Numbered from the stretch's first letter, positions 22,857-51,860 are shown. The stretch: DNA of 64,000 bases from Escherichia coli (GCF_050920415.1 NZ_CP169309.1), one strand, 5' to 3'. Program-made: numbers and translations. Notes: generated from the sequence alone by a model not told the origin.

Positions 22857-24661
22857 TGGAAGGTTCCGATTTTTTACTCGCAGGAGTGCTGTTTCTCTTC
22901 GCGGCGGTGGCTGCGGTGCCGTTGGCATCGCGGCTGGGTATTGGCGCTGTGTTGGGATATTTGCTGGCAGGGATTGCAATTGGCCCGTGGGGGCTAGGGT
23001 TTATTAGCGACGTCGATGAGATCCTCCACTTTTCGGAACTCGGCGTGGTGTTCCTGATGTTTATCATCGGCCTTGAGTTGAATCCCTCCAAGCTTTGGCA
23101 ACTGCGGCGTTCGATTTTTGGCGTAGGCGCGGCACAGGTGCTGTTAAGCGCGGCGTTGCTGGCGGGATTATTGATGCTGACGGATTTCGCCTGGCAGGCG
23201 GCGGTGGTCGGTGGCATTGGCCTTGCGATGTCTTCCACTGCAATGGCGTTGCAATTGATGCGTGAGAAAGGGATGAATCGCAGCGAATCTGGACAGCTAG
23301 GTTTTTCGGTTTTGCTGTTTCAGGATCTGGCGGTGATCCCGGCGCTAGCGTTAGTACCGCTGCTGGCGGGATCGGCAGATGAACATTTTGACTGGATGAA
23401 GATCGGCATGAAGGTGCTGGCGTTTGTTGGCATGCTGATTGGTGGGCGCTATTTACTGCGTCCGGTATTCCGTTTTATTGCAGCTTCTGGTGTGCGGGAA
23501 GTGTTCACCGCCGCGACACTGCTGCTGGTGTTGGGTTCCGCATTGTTTATGGATGCGCTGGGGTTGTCGATGGCGCTCGGTACGTTTATTGCGGGCGTGC
23601 TGCTGGCGGAAAGTGAATATCGCCATGAGCTGGAAACGGCTATCGATCCGTTCAAAGGCTTGCTGCTCGGACTGTTTTTTATCTCTGTCGGCATGTCGCT
23701 CAACCTTGGAGTGCTTTATACCCATCTGTTGTGGGTAGTGATAAGCGTGGTTGTGCTGGTGGCGGTGAAAATTCTCGTGCTGTATTTGCTGGCGCGGCTG
23801 TATGGCGTGCGTAGCTCAGAGCGGATGCAGTTTGCTGGCGTGTTGAGTCAGGGCGGCGAGTTTGCCTTTGTCCTCTTTTCTACCGCTTCTTCACAACGCT
23901 TATTCCAGGGCGACCAGATGGCGCTATTGCTGGTGACGGTGACGCTTTCCATGATGACCACGCCGCTGCTGATGAAGCTGGTGGATAAATGGCTATCCCG
24001 CCAGTTTAACGGACCGGAAGAAGAAGACGAAAAACCGTGGGTCAACGATGATAAACCCCAGGTCATAGTCGTGGGCTTCGGACGTTTTGGTCAGGTGATT
24101 GGTCGTTTGCTGATGGCAAATAAAATGCGCATTACTGTGCTGGAGCGGGATATCAGTGCTGTTAACCTGATGCGCAAATATGGCTACAAAGTTTATTACG
24201 GCGACGCCACGCAGGTAGCTCTTTTACGTTCTGCGGGTGCAGAGGCCGCAGAGTCAATCGTCATTACCTGTAACGAACCGGAAGACACCATGAAGCTGGT
24301 GGAGATTTGCCAGCAACACTTCCCGCATTTGCATATTCTTGCGCGAGCGCGCGGACGTGTGGAAGCGCATGAGTTATTACAGGCAGGGGTGACGCAGTTT
24401 TCTCGTGAGACATTCTCCAGTGCGTTAGAGCTGGGGCGCAAAACGCTGGTCACGCTTGGCATGCATCCGCATCAGGCACAGCGGGCACAACTGCATTTTC
24501 GTCGCCTGGATATGCGAATGTTGCGGGAGCTCATACCGATGCATGCCGATACCGTACAAATTTCTCGCGCCAGGGAAGCCCGACGCGAACTGGAAGAGAT
24601 TTTCCAGCGTGAAATGCAACAAGAACGACGCCAGCTGGATGGCTGGGATGAATTTGAGTAG
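22856..24661 (+). CDS. kefB: glutathione-regulated potassium-efflux system protein
   Basis: 601-aa ORF: N-terminal cation/H+ antiporter membrane domain plus C-terminal KTN/RCK domain (GFGRFGQ). Confidence 0.95.
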
Positions 24662-24670
24662 AGGATAACG

Positions 24671-24871
24671 ATGGCAATCCGAAAACGTTTTATTGCGGGA
24701 GCAAAATGCCCGGCCTGTCAGGCGCAGGATTCAATGGCGATGTGGCGCGAAAATAATATTGATATTGTTGAATGCGTTAAGTGCGGACACCAGATGCGAG
24801 AAGTCGACAAAGAAGCCCGCGATCATGTTCGCAAAGATGAGCAAGTGATCGGGATTTTTCATCCGGACTAG
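24671..24871 (+). CDS. yheV: zinc-ribbon protein YheV
   Basis: 66-aa ORF with CPAC...CVKCGH. Confidence 0.8.
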   Translation: MAIRKRFIAGAKCPACQAQDSMAMWRENNIDIVECVKCGHQMREVDKEARDHVRKDEQVIGIFHPD

Positions 24872-24965
24872 CGATATGCGCCGAGATTTTTTAAGCTAGT
24901 GAGTACACGGCTGCAGAATTCCGCTACAATCTGCGCCACTATTCTTCCCATGCTCAGGAGATATC

Positions 24966-25556
24966 ATGAAAGTAGCAAAAGACCTGGTGGTCAGCCTGGC
25001 CTATCAGGTACGTACAGAAGACGGTGTGTTGGTTGATGAGTCTCCGGTGAGTGCGCCGCTGGACTACCTGCATGGTCACGGTTCCCTGATCTCTGGCCTG
25101 GAAACGGCGCTGGAAGGTCATGAAGTTGGCGACAAATTTGATGTCGCTGTTGGCGCGAACGACGCTTACGGTCAGTACGACGAAAACCTGGTGCAACGCG
25201 TTCCTAAAGACGTATTTATGGGCGTTGATGAACTGCAGGTTGGTATGCGTTTCCTGGCTGAAACCGACCAGGGTCCGGTACCGGTTGAAATCACTGCGGT
25301 TGAAGACGATCACGTCGTGGTTGATGGTAACCACATGCTGGCCGGTCAGAACCTGAAATTCAACGTTGAAGTTGTGGCGATTCGCGAAGCGACTGAAGAA
25401 GAGCTGGCTCATGGCCACGTTCACGGTGCGCACGATCATCACCACGATCACGACCACGACGGTTGCTGCGGTGGTCATGGCCACGATCACGGTCATGAAC
25501 ACGGTGGCGAAGGCTGCTGCGGCGGTAAAGGTAACGGCGGTTGCGGTTGCCACTAA
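24966..25556 (+). CDS. slyD: FKBP-type peptidyl-prolyl isomerase / metallochaperone SlyD
   Basis: 196-aa ORF; His/Cys/Asp-rich C-terminal tail. Confidence 0.95.
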   Translation: MKVAKDLVVSLAYQVRTEDGVLVDESPVSAPLDYLHGHGSLISGLETALEGHEVGDKFDVAVGANDAYGQYDENLVQRVPKDVFMGVDELQVGMRFLAETDQGPVPVEITAVEDDHVVVDGNHMLAGQNLKFNVEVVAIREATEEELAHGHVHGAHDHHHDHDHDGCCGGHGHDHGHEHGGEGCCGGKGNGGCGCH

Positions 25557-25570
25557 TACCGAAAAAGTGA

Positions 25571-25600
25571 CAAAAAAGCGGGGAATCCCCGCTTTTTTTA
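25571..25600. terminator. bidirectional terminator between slyD and slyX
   Basis: aaaaaagcggggaatccccgcttttttt (A-run/hairpin/T-run). Confidence 0.7.
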
Positions 25601-25604
25601 CGCC

Positions 25605-25823
25605 TCAATAATGTGGCGGTGGCGTTTCTTCAGCCTGCGACGCGATGTTCGACGGCTGGCTGGCTTTTAGCTTCTCGGTCAGCAGACGCAGATGATCGCG
25701 CAGTTTCGCCATCTCCATTTCATGAGCGGTCACCGTGACGTTCAGTTCTTCAATGGTGATTTCCTGAAAAGCCAGTCGGCTCTCCAGCTCTGCCAGGCGT
25801 GCTTCCAATGATAAATCCTGCAT
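25605..25823 (-). CDS. slyX: protein SlyX
   Basis: 72-aa coiled-coil ORF. Confidence 0.9.
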
Positions 25824-25902
25824 GATTCACCTCTTTTGTCGAATGGTCGCCGCGGATTCTACTTAACTTTGCTGCCCGAGACAGCACTCATTTCGCGGTC
25901 AT

Positions 25903-25932
25903 CGAAACTAATTTAAACAAAAAGAGTCTGAA
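25903..25932 (+). promoter_or_regulatory. candidate sigma-E promoter of fkpA
   Basis: gaaact-N17-tctga resembles GGAACTT-N16-TCNAA. Confidence 0.35.
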
Positions 25933-26043
25933 AATAGATGATAATAGGGCGTGTCTGTATGTAGATTTGTTCGACAACGCTTTATAGTACCCTTCTGATA
26001 ATAGTTAACCCTGGGGTGAGATGCCCCGATCCTGGAGATATGG

Positions 26044-26856
26044 ATGAAATCACTGTTTAAAGTAACGCTGCTGGCGACCACAATGGCCGTTGCCCTGCAT
26101 GCACCGATCACTTTTGCTGCTGAAGCTGCAAAACCTGCTACAACTGCTGACAGCAAAGCAGCGTTCAAAAATGACGATCAGAAATCAGCTTATGCACTGG
26201 GTGCTTCGCTGGGTCGTTACATGGAAAACTCTCTTAAAGAACAAGAAAAACTGGGCATCAAACTGGATAAAGATCAGCTGATCGCGGGTGTTCAGGATGC
26301 ATTTGCTGATAAGAGCAAACTCTCCGACCAAGAGATCGAACAGACACTGCAAGCATTCGAAGCTCGCGTGAAGTCTTCTGCTCAGGCGAAGATGGAAAAA
26401 GACGCGGCAGATAACGAAGCGAAAGGTAAAGAGTACCGCGAGAAATTTGCCAAAGAGAAAGGTGTGAAAACCTCTTCAACTGGTCTGGTTTATCAGGTAG
26501 TAGAAGCCGGTAAAGGCGAAGCACCGAAAGACAGCGATACTGTTGTCGTGAACTACAAGGGTACGCTGATCGACGGTAAAGAGTTCGACAACTCTTACAC
26601 CCGTGGTGAACCGCTCTCTTTCCGTCTGGACGGTGTTATTCCGGGTTGGACAGAAGGTCTGAAGAACATCAAGAAAGGCGGTAAGATCAAACTGGTTATT
26701 CCACCAGAATTGGCTTACGGCAAAGCGGGTGTTCCGGGGATCCCACCGAATTCTACCCTGGTGTTTGACGTAGAGCTGCTGGATGTGAAACCAGCGCCGA
26801 AGGCTGATGCAAAGCCGGAAGCTGATGCGAAAGCCGCAGATTCTGCTAAAAAATAA
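26044..26856 (+). CDS. fkpA: periplasmic FKBP-type peptidyl-prolyl isomerase
   Basis: 270-aa ORF with signal peptide and FKBP domain. Confidence 0.95.
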   Translation: MKSLFKVTLLATTMAVALHAPITFAAEAAKPATTADSKAAFKNDDQKSAYALGASLGRYMENSLKEQEKLGIKLDKDQLIAGVQDAFADKSKLSDQEIEQTLQAFEARVKSSAQAKMEKDAADNEAKGKEYREKFAKEKGVKTSSTGLVYQVVEAGKGEAPKDSDTVVVNYKGTLIDGKEFDNSYTRGEPLSFRLDGVIPGWTEGLKNIKKGGKIKLVIPPELAYGKAGVPGIPPNSTLVFDVELLDVKPAPKADAKPEADAKAADSAKK

Positions 26857-26865
26857 GCATTAAGA

Positions 26866-26896
26866 ACCGCCGCCTGACCAGGCGGCGGTTTTTTTA
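26866..26896 (+). terminator. fkpA rho-independent terminator
   Basis: accgccgcctg-ac-caggcggcggt followed by T7. Confidence 0.7.
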
Positions 26897-27022
26897 TTAC
26901 AGGCCGGATATAATTAGTGCTGGAAAGCGGAACCTCCGCTGTATTAATTTAGTTACCCGCATCATTAATGAGCCTGCCCTGAAAAGTTAACGACAGGCTC
27001 CTGAAAAGGAGTGTTTTTTTTC

Positions 27023-28130
<1,108 letters not shown>

Positions 28131-28131
<1 letters not shown>

Positions 28132-28490
28132 TGAAACGAATTGCGTTTGTTTTTTCTACTGCGCCTCATGGTACCGCTGCAGGCCGGGAAGGTTTAGATG
28201 CTTTACTGGCAACTTCCGCATTAACTGACGATCTGGCTGTCTTCTTTATTGCTGATGGCGTTTTTCAGCTGTTGCCAGGACAAAAGCCCGATGCAGTGCT
28301 GGCGCGTGATTACATTGCCACTTTTAAATTGTTGGGTCTGTACGACATTGAACAGTGCTGGGTTTGTGCGGCTTCACTGCGCGAACGCGGGTTAGATCCG
28401 CAGACCCCCTTTGTTGTCGAAGCCACGCCGCTCGAAGCAGATGTCTTACGCCGCGAACTCGCCAACTACGATGTTATTTTGAGGTTTTGA
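28131..28490 (+). CDS. tusC: sulfur relay protein TusC
   Basis: 119-aa ORF, start overlaps tusD stop. Confidence 0.9.
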
Positions 28491-28497
28491 GGCGTTT

Positions 28498-28785
28498 ATG
28501 CTGCACACATTACATCGTTCACCCTGGCTGACGGATTTTGCTGCGCTGTTGCGTCTACTCAGTGAAGGCGACGAACTGCTATTATTGCAAGATGGTGTAA
28601 CTGCCGCAGTTGACGGTAACCGCTACCTTGAAAGTCTGCGTAATGCCCCCATTAAGGTCTATGCCCTGAACGAAGACCTTATTGCCCGCGGTTTGACTGG
28701 TCAAATTTCGAACGACATCATTCCCATTGACTATACTGATTTCGTCAGACTTACGGTTAAGCACTCCAGCCAGATGGCCTGGTGA
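28498..28785 (+). CDS. tusB: sulfur relay protein TusB
   Basis: 95-aa ORF. Confidence 0.9.
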   Translation: MLHTLHRSPWLTDFAALLRLLSEGDELLLLQDGVTAAVDGNRYLESLRNAPIKVYALNEDLIARGLTGQISNDIIPIDYTDFVRLTVKHSSQMAW

Positions 28786-28807
28786 TGGCGGGATCGTTGT
28801 ATATTTC

Positions 28808-29285
<478 letters not shown>

Positions 29286-29366
29286 TGGTTCTCCGTTAAG
29301 TAAGGCCAAACGTTTTAACTTAAATGTCAAACTAAACTCGTAGAGTTTTGGACAATCCTGAATTAA

Positions 29367-29852
<486 letters not shown>

Positions 29853-29936
29853 TCCCTTCGGAGTTTTAGTCACCAGGCGGGCGCTTCCAGTAAGCAGCCC
29901 GCTTTGGGCTACTTAAATTGAACGCCTAAAAGATAA

Positions 29937-32063
<2,127 letters not shown>

Positions 32064-32076
32064 GCCTAAGGGTTAA

Positions 32077-33318
<1,242 letters not shown>

Positions 33319-33342
33319 TTACACGTTAATTAGTTTCGAATT

Positions 33343-33368
33343 AAAAAGGGCGCTTCGGCGCCCTTTTT
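33343..33368 (+). terminator. tufA rho-independent terminator
   Basis: gggcgc-ttcg-gcgccc followed by T5. Confidence 0.7.
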
Positions 33369-33443
33369 GCTGCCCGTAATTTGAGCTCGAAATATTTAGT
33401 CGTAATTTCACTCGCTGAACTATGGCGCAAATTAAACTGTGCT

Positions 33444-33466
33444 ATTGTAATCATAACCATTCTCAT
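33444..33466 (+). promoter_or_regulatory. candidate Fur box upstream of bfd-bfr
   Basis: ttgtaatcataaccattctcatt: AT-rich hexamer repeats resembling GATAAT-type Fur sites. Confidence 0.35.
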
Positions 33467-33500
33467 TTACACTTTGCGCAGAATTTGAACGGGAGCAATC

Positions 33501-33695
33501 ATGTACGTTTGTTTGTGTAATGGTGTAAGTGACAAAAAAATTCGCCAGGCAGTCCGTCAGTTTCATCCGCAATCTTTCCAACAATTGCGTAAGTTTATTC
33601 CTGTGGGAAATCAATGCGGTAAGTGCATTCGCGCCGCGCGCGAAGTGATGCAGGACGAGTTGATGCAGATGCCAGAATTTAAAGAGATTGCCTGA
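33501..33695 (+). CDS. bfd: bacterioferritin-associated ferredoxin
   Basis: 64-aa ORF with Cys motif CLCNGVS...CGKC. Confidence 0.95.
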   Translation: MYVCLCNGVSDKKIRQAVRQFHPQSFQQLRKFIPVGNQCGKCIRAAREVMQDELMQMPEFKEIA

Positions 33696-33767
33696 AGCCC
33701 ACGCTTATTTTTTGACATCCCGCTAGCCCCATCTACGCTCTAATAGTGGAAGCGGAGGGACTATAAA

Positions 33768-34244
33768 ATGAAAGGTGATGTTAAAATCATAAATTATCTC
33801 AATAAACTATTGGGAAATGAGCTTGTCGCAATCAATCAGTATTTTCTCCATGCCCGGATGTTTAAAAACTGGGGCCTGATGCGTCTCAATGACGTCGAAT
33901 ACCATGAATCTATTGATGAGATGAAACACGCTGATAAATATATCGAGCGTATTTTGTTTTTAGAAGGAATCCCTAACTTACAGGATTTAGGCAAACTGGG
34001 GATTGGTGAAGATGTCGAGGAGATGCTGCAATCCGACCTGCGATTAGAACTGGAAGGCGCGAAGGATCTCCGTGAGGCTATCGCGTATGCCGACAGCGTT
34101 CATGACTATGTTAGCCGTGATATGATGATCGAGATCCTTGCCGATGAAGAAGGTCATATTGACTGGCTCGAAACTGAGCTGGATCTCATCGGTAAAATCG
34201 GTTTACAAAATTACCTGCAATCACAAATAAAAGTTAAAGATTAA
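33768..34244 (+). CDS. bfr: bacterioferritin
   Basis: 158-aa ferritin-like ORF. Confidence 0.97.
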   Translation: MKGDVKIINYLNKLLGNELVAINQYFLHARMFKNWGLMRLNDVEYHESIDEMKHADKYIERILFLEGIPNLQDLGKLGIGEDVEEMLQSDLRLELEGAKDLREAIAYADSVHDYVSRDMMIEILADEEGHIDWLETELDLIGKIGLQNYLQSQIKVKD

Positions 34245-34708
34245 CGGCCTGCCAGCAAACTATCCCAGCCTACAACGAAACCCGCAGCCGCCAGAAATGG
34301 CCCAAACGGCAGCGGGTTTTTTAATGACTCTTTTCCTCTCATGAGCAGACCAATAACTACGGCTCCGCAAGCGAATGAGGCAGCAAGGAAAACCAGTCGT
34401 GGCAAGAAGGTCCATGTATGCCAGGCACCAAGGGCGGCGAGAAACTTCACATCACCATAGCCTAATCCTTCTTTATGACGCAGTATGCGATACCCCCAGT
34501 AAATGACAGCGAATGTGCCGTAACCAATAATCGCCCCCCATAACGCATCGGCTAAACCGTCAGGATTACAAATCTGATAGAACAAAAGACCTGACCAGAG
34601 TAACGGGCACGTAAATCTGTCAGGTAACAAGCCATGATTTGCATCCCAGAAAAAAAGTAGGGCTGATAAACAAGCGTACAAAATCAGAAAGGGAAGGGTA
34701 GTGTCCAT
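34241..34708 (-). CDS. hopD: N-terminally short type IV prepilin (leader) peptidase homologue
   Basis: 155-aa membrane ORF with prepilin-peptidase motifs (HGLLPD...PLLW; [19 protein letters not shown]); stop overlaps bfr stop by 4 nt. Confidence 0.75.
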   Translation of the reverse strand: MDTTLPFLILYACLSALLFFWDANHGLLPDRFTCPLLWSGLLFYQICNPDGLADALWGAIIGYGTFAVIYWGYRILRHKEGLGYGDVKFLAALGAWHTWTFLPRLVFLAASFACGAVVIGLLMRGKESLKNPLPFGPFLAAAGFVVGWDSLLAGR

Positions 34709-34881
34709 AAAACATCCTCTGTAATTGGAGTATCACCATCGAATAACTGCGGATGCTCAGCAACAGAGAAATCGCTGATTTGTTAACCTGATTCCGGTGA
34801 AAAACGCTATCTTCACAACCTTACAAATTTCGTGGAATGCAGCTCGCAATCTGCGCGTTGCGATTAATTTCTACCCGATGC

Positions 34882-34909
34882 TTGCGTCAGGCTCAGATTT
34901 GCGTATAAT
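34882..34909 (+). promoter_or_regulatory. S10 operon promoter
   Basis: TTGCGT (34882-34887), 16-bp spacer, TATAAT (34904-34909). Confidence 0.6.
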
Positions 34910-34916
34910 GCGCGGG

Positions 34917-35398
<482 letters not shown>

Positions 35399-35418
35399 TC
35401 AGGTCATTGAGCGATTGA

Positions 35419-37814
<2,396 letters not shown>

Positions 37815-37827
37815 TTTTAGAGGATAA

Positions 37828-38109
<282 letters not shown>

Positions 38110-38114
38110 GGTAG

Positions 38115-40043
<1,929 letters not shown>

Positions 40044-40068
40044 TACAGTACACTCTCTCGATACGAAT

Positions 40069-40100
40069 AAACGGCTCAGAAATGAGCCGTTTATTTTTTC
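40069..40100 (+). terminator. S10 operon terminator
   Basis: cggctca-gaaa-tgagccg hairpin followed by T-run. Confidence 0.7.
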
Positions 40101-40120
40101 TACCCATATCCTTGAAGCGG

Positions 40121-40129
40121 TGTTATAAT
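40121..40129 (+). promoter_or_regulatory. spc operon promoter, extended -10 (TGnTATAAT)
   Basis: tgttataat at 40121-40129, about 80 nt upstream of rplN. Confidence 0.45.
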
Positions 40130-40195
40130 GCCGCGCCCTCGATATGGGGATTTTTAACGACCTGATTTTCGGGTCTCAGTAGTAGTTGACATTAG

Positions 40196-41458
<1,263 letters not shown>

Positions 41459-41469
41459 GGTAGGGTTAC

Positions 41470-41778
<309 letters not shown>

Positions 41779-41805
41779 TTGTCACCAATTGAATCACGGG
41801 AGTAA

Positions 41806-43113
<1,308 letters not shown>

Positions 43114-43118
43114 GGTAG

Positions 43119-44252
<1,134 letters not shown>

Positions 44253-44259
44253 GTAGCAG

Positions 44260-45739
<1,480 letters not shown>

Positions 45740-45757
45740 TTTTTTCGCATATTTTTC

Positions 45758-45786
45758 TTGCAAAGTTGGGTTGAGCTGGCTAGATT
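45758..45786 (+). promoter_or_regulatory. candidate alpha-operon promoter
   Basis: TTGCAA, 17-bp spacer, TAGATT upstream of rpsM. Confidence 0.35.
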
Positions 45787-45876
45787 AGCCAGCCAATCTT
45801 TTGTATGTCTGTGCGTTTCCATTTGAGTATCCTGAAAACGGGCTTTTCAGCATGGAACGTACATATTAAATAGTAG

Positions 45877-46242
<366 letters not shown>

Positions 46243-46255
46243 TCGGGGTGATTGA

Positions 46256-47302
<1,047 letters not shown>

Positions 47303-47327
47303 AGCTTAGTACCAAAGAGAGGACACA

Positions 47328-48317
47328 ATGCAGGGTTCTGTGACAGAGTTTCTAAAACCGCGCCTGGTTGATATCGAGCAAGTGAGTTCGACGCACGCCA
47401 AGGTGACCCTTGAGCCTTTAGAGCGTGGCTTTGGCCATACTCTGGGTAACGCACTGCGCCGTATTCTGCTCTCATCGATGCCGGGTTGCGCGGTGACCGA
47501 GGTTGAGATTGATGGTGTACTACATGAGTACAGCACCAAAGAAGGCGTTCAGGAAGATATCCTGGAAATCCTGCTCAACCTGAAAGGGCTGGCGGTGAGA
47601 GTTCAGGGCAAAGATGAAGTTATTCTTACCTTGAATAAATCTGGCATTGGCCCTGTGACTGCAGCCGATATCACCCACGACGGTGATGTCGAAATCGTCA
47701 AGCCGCAGCACGTGATCTGCCACCTGACCGATGAGAACGCGTCTATTAGCATGCGTATCAAAGTTCAGCGCGGTCGTGGTTATGTGCCGGCTTCTACCCG
47801 AATTCATTCGGAAGAAGATGAGCGCCCAATCGGCCGTCTGCTGGTCGACGCATGCTACAGCCCTGTGGAGCGTATTGCCTACAATGTTGAAGCAGCGCGT
47901 GTAGAACAGCGTACCGACCTGGACAAGCTGGTCATCGAAATGGAAACCAACGGCACAATCGATCCTGAAGAGGCGATTCGTCGTGCGGCAACCATTCTGG
48001 CTGAACAACTGGAAGCTTTCGTTGACTTACGTGATGTACGTCAGCCTGAAGTGAAAGAAGAGAAACCAGAGTTCGATCCGATCCTGCTGCGCCCTGTTGA
48101 CGATCTGGAATTGACTGTCCGCTCTGCTAACTGCCTTAAAGCAGAAGCTATCCACTATATCGGTGATCTGGTACAGCGTACCGAGGTTGAGCTCCTTAAA
48201 ACGCCTAACCTTGGTAAAAAATCTCTTACTGAGATTAAAGACGTGCTGGCTTCCCGTGGACTGTCTCTGGGCATGCGCCTGGAAAACTGGCCACCGGCAA
48301 GCATCGCTGACGAGTAA
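47328..48317 (+). CDS. rpoA: DNA-directed RNA polymerase subunit alpha
   Basis: 329-aa ORF. Confidence 0.98.
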
Positions 48318-48333
48318 CCAGATCACAGGTTAA

Positions 48334-48741
<408 letters not shown>

Positions 48742-48754
48742 TCTGAAGCAACGT

Positions 48755-48782
48755 AAAAAAACCCGCCCCGGCGGGTTTTTTT
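48755..48782 (+). terminator. alpha-operon terminator
   Basis: A-run, cccgcc-c-ggcggg hairpin, T7. Confidence 0.75.
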
Positions 48783-48847
48783 ATACCCGTAGTATCCCCA
48801 CTTATCTACAATAGCTGTACTCTTTTTGTTCATCCCCTGGAGTATTT

Positions 48848-49216
48848 ATGTGGTTACTTGACCAGTGGGCAGAGCGTCATATTACTGAGGCACAATCCAA
48901 AGGTGAGTTTGATAATCTTCCGGGAAGTGGCGAGCCATTGATTCTGGATGATGATTCACACGTGCCACCGGAATTACGTGCGGGGTATCGCTTGCTGAAG
49001 AATGCCGGTTGCTTACCGCCAGAACTTGAGCAGCGGAGGGAAGCAATACAGCTTCTGGATATCCTCAAAGGTATCTGTCACGATGATCCGCAATATCAAG
49101 AGGTTAGTCGTCGATTGTCATTACTGGAGTTAAAGCTGCGACAAGCAGGATTGAGTACCGATTTTTTACGCGGCGATTATGCTGACAAGTTGTTGAATAA
49201 AATCAATGATAACTAG
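48848..49216 (+). CDS. yhdN: DUF1992 protein YhdN
   Basis: 122-aa ORF upstream of zntR. Confidence 0.85.
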   Translation: MWLLDQWAERHITEAQSKGEFDNLPGSGEPLILDDDSHVPPELRAGYRLLKNAGCLPPELEQRREAIQLLDILKGICHDDPQYQEVSRRLSLLELKLRQAGLSTDFLRGDYADKLLNKINDN

Positions 49217-49226
49217 TGGAGTATGT

Positions 49227-49652
49227 ATGTATCGCATTGGTGAGCTGGCAAAAATGGCGGAAGTAACACCCGACACAATACGTTATTACGAAAAGCAGCA
49301 GATGATGGAGCATGAAGTACGTACCGAAGGTGGGTTTCGCCTGTATACCGAAAGCGATCTCCAGCGATTGAAATTTATCCGCCATGCCAGACAACTTGGT
49401 TTCAGTCTGGAGTCGATCCGCGAGTTGCTGTCGATCCGTATCGATCCTGAGCACCATACCTGTCAGGAGTCAAAAGGCATTGTGCAGGAAAGATTGCAGG
49501 AAGTCGAAGCACGGATAGCCGAGTTGCAGAGTATGCAGCGTTCCCTCCAACGCCTTAACGATGCCTGTTGTGGGACCGCCCATAGCAGTGTTTATTGCTC
49601 GATTCTTGAAGCTCTTGAACAAGGGGCGAGTGGCGTTAAGAGTGACTGTTGA
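49227..49652 (+). CDS. zntR: Zn(II)-responsive MerR-family regulator
   Basis: 141-aa product MYRIGELAKMAEVTPDTIRYYEKQ... with C-terminal Cys/His metal site; track start over-extended. Confidence 0.95.
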   Translation: MYRIGELAKMAEVTPDTIRYYEKQQMMEHEVRTEGGFRLYTESDLQRLKFIRHARQLGFSLESIRELLSIRIDPEHHTCQESKGIVQERLQEVEARIAELQSMQRSLQRLNDACCGTAHSSVYCSILEALEQGASGVKSDC

Positions 49653-49707
49653 TTTTTTACACTGGCAGGATTACACTCGCGCCGTTAAATAACCAATTGG
49701 AGTTTTT

Positions 49708-49926
49708 ATGAGCCGATATCAGCATACTAAAGGACAGATAAAAGATAATGCGATTGAAGCATTGCTACATGATCCTTTATTCCGACAGCGTGTAGAGAAA
49801 AATAAGAAGGGGAAAGGTAGTTACATGCGAAAAGGAAAACATGGCAATCGGGGAAACTGGGAGGCCAGTGGCAAGAACGTAAATCACTTTTTTACCACTG
49901 GCCTTCTGCTTTCAGGGGCTTTTTAA
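49708..49926 (+). CDS. arfA: alternative ribosome-rescue factor A
   Basis: 72-aa [47 protein letters not shown]... Confidence 0.9.
   Translation: MSRYQHTKGQIKDNAIEALLHDPLFRQRVEKNKKGKGSYMRKGKHGNRGNWEASGKNVNHFFTTGLLLSGAF
49863..49903 (+). promoter_or_regulatory. arfA 3' coding-region hairpin (RNase III / non-stop regulation site)
   Basis: ggccagtgg-N23-ccactggcc inverted repeat inside arfA 3' end. Confidence 0.6.
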
Positions 49927-50333
49927 GAGCGGTTATTCTGCTCTTTCAGCAAATCACGGATCTCGGTCAGTAATACTTCTTCTTTAGTTGGTGCAGGTGC
50001 AGCTGCTGGTTCTTCTTTTTTCCGATTCAGTTTATTGATTAGCTTAATCGCCATAAAGATGGCAAAGGCCACAATCAGAAAATCAAAGACGTTTTGAATG
50101 AAGACACCGTAATGCATAACGACTGCTGGGATATCCCCTTGCGCATCGCGTAGCGTGACAGCAAACTGTTTAAAGTCGATCCCACCAATTAATAAACCCA
50201 GCGGCGGCATGATGATATCTGCAACCAGTGAAGAGACAATCTTACCGAAGGCCGCACCGATAATGACACCCACTGCCAAATCCACCACATTTCCGCGCAT
50301 TGCAAATTCGCGAAATTCTTTAATAATGCTCAT
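49923..50333 (-). CDS. mscL: large-conductance mechanosensitive channel
   Basis: 136-aa ORF; stop overlaps arfA stop by 4 nt. Confidence 0.97.
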
Positions 50334-50462
50334 GTTATTCTCCCTATAAAGCCGACAATCATAAGTCTAACAAATGTTAAGCTATTTTCCTGCCGGGAAT
50401 GAATTTAATTAATCCTTGAAAAAAAAAGGGAAATAATAAGGCGCCAGAAGACGCCTTATTAA

Positions 50463-51839
50463 TTACAAGAAGAAAGGACTTGGCTGGAAGAGACGTTCGA
50501 CGTCGGTAATAAACTTTTTGTCCGTCAGGAACATAATTACATGATCGCCTTGCTCAATACGCAGATTGTCATTGGCAATCATCACATCATTGCCGCGTAC
50601 TACAGCACCAATAATCGTTCCTGGTGGTAGCTTGATTTCATCAATGACTCTGCCCACAACGCGTGAGGTGCTTTCATCACCGTGAGCAACAGCTTCAATA
50701 GCTTCTGCAACACCGCGGCGCAATGAGGAAACACCAACAATATCGGCTTTTCGCACGTGACTAAGCAACGCAGAAATAGTTGCTTGTTGTGGTGAAATCG
50801 CAATATCGATCACGCTCCCCTGAACCAGATCCACATAAGCGCGACGCTGGATCAATACCATCACCTTTTTCGCACCCATACGTTTGGCAAGCATGGCGGA
50901 CATGATATTGGCTTCGTCATCGTTGGTGACGGCAATAAACAGATCAACTTGATCGATATGTTCTTCGGCTAGCAGTTCTTGATCCGACGCATCACCAAAA
51001 AAGACGATCGTATTCTGCAACTTTTCCGCCAGTTCGGCAGCGCGCTGCTGATTACGTTCGATGAGTTTAACGCTGTAATCTTTTTCCAGACGACGCGCCA
51101 GCCCTGCACCGATATTACCGCCGCCAACCAGCATGATCCGCTTATACGGTTTTTCCAGACGTTGCAATTCACTCATCACCGCGCGGATGTGTTGCGAAGC
51201 GGCAATAAAGAACACTTCATCACCAGCTTCAACAATGGTCGAACCTTGCGGACGAATAGGGCGATCGTGGCGGAAAATGGCTGCCACACGAGTATCGATA
51301 TGCGGCATATGTTCGCGCATGGTCGAAAGTGCATTACCAATCAGTGGGCCGCCATAATAGGCTTTAACCACAGCCAGGCTGACTTTACCCTCAGCGAAGT
51401 TCACTACCTGCAGCGCGCCGGGATACTCAATCAGTCGGTAAATATTATCGATAACCAGCTGCTCTGGTGCGATCAGATGATCAATCGGTACAGCATCTGA
51501 ATGAAATAGCTTATCGGCATCGCGCACGTAGTCTGGTGAGCGGATACGAGCGATGCGATTAGGGGTGTTGAAAAGTGAGTAGGCTACCTGGCAGGCAACC
51601 ATATTGGTTTCATCTGAACTGGTTACAGCAACCAGCATATCGGCGTCGTCGGCACCTGCCTCCCGCAATACGCGTGGATGAGAGCCATGCCCCTGCACGA
51701 CCCGCAGGTCAAATTTATCCTGCAAGGTCCGCAGACGCTCACCGTTGGTATCGACAACAGTAATATCGTTGTTCTCGCCAACCAGGTTTTCCGCCAGTGT
51801 GCCGCCAACCTGGCCGGCACCCAGAATGATAATTTTCAT
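50463..51839 (-). CDS. trkA: Trk potassium uptake system NAD-binding protein
   Basis: 458-aa ORF with two Rossmann folds (IILGAGQVG; MLVGGGNIG). Confidence 0.97.
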   Translation of the reverse strand: MKIIILGAGQVGGTLAENLVGENNDITVVDTNGERLRTLQDKFDLRVVQGHGSHPRVLREAGADDADMLVAVTSSDETNMVACQVAYSLFNTPNRIARIRSPDYVRDADKLFHSDAVPIDHLIAPEQLVIDNIYRLIEYPGALQVVNFAEGKVSLAVVKAYYGGPLIGNALSTMREHMPHIDTRVAAIFRHDRPIRPQGSTIVEAGDEVFFIAASQHIRAVMSELQRLEKPYKRIMLVGGGNIGAGLARRLEKDYSVKLIERNQQRAAELAEKLQNTIVFFGDASDQELLAEEHIDQVDLFIAVTNDDEANIMSAMLAKRMGAKKVMVLIQRRAYVDLVQGSVIDIAISPQQATISALLSHVRKADIVGVSSLRRGVAEAIEAVAHGDESTSRVVGRVIDEIKLPPGTIIGAVVRGNDVMIANDNLRIEQGDHVIMFLTDKKFITDVERLFQPSPFFL

Positions 51840-51860
51840 CAGTCGCGACCCGTTATCTCA

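Noticed and set aside
25380-25556. Repetitive cac/gat/ggc-rich DNA that could be mistaken for a tandem-repeat element
   Set aside because: It encodes the His/Asp/Cys/Gly-rich metal-binding tail of SlyD (in frame, continuous with the FKBP domain), not a non-coding repeat.
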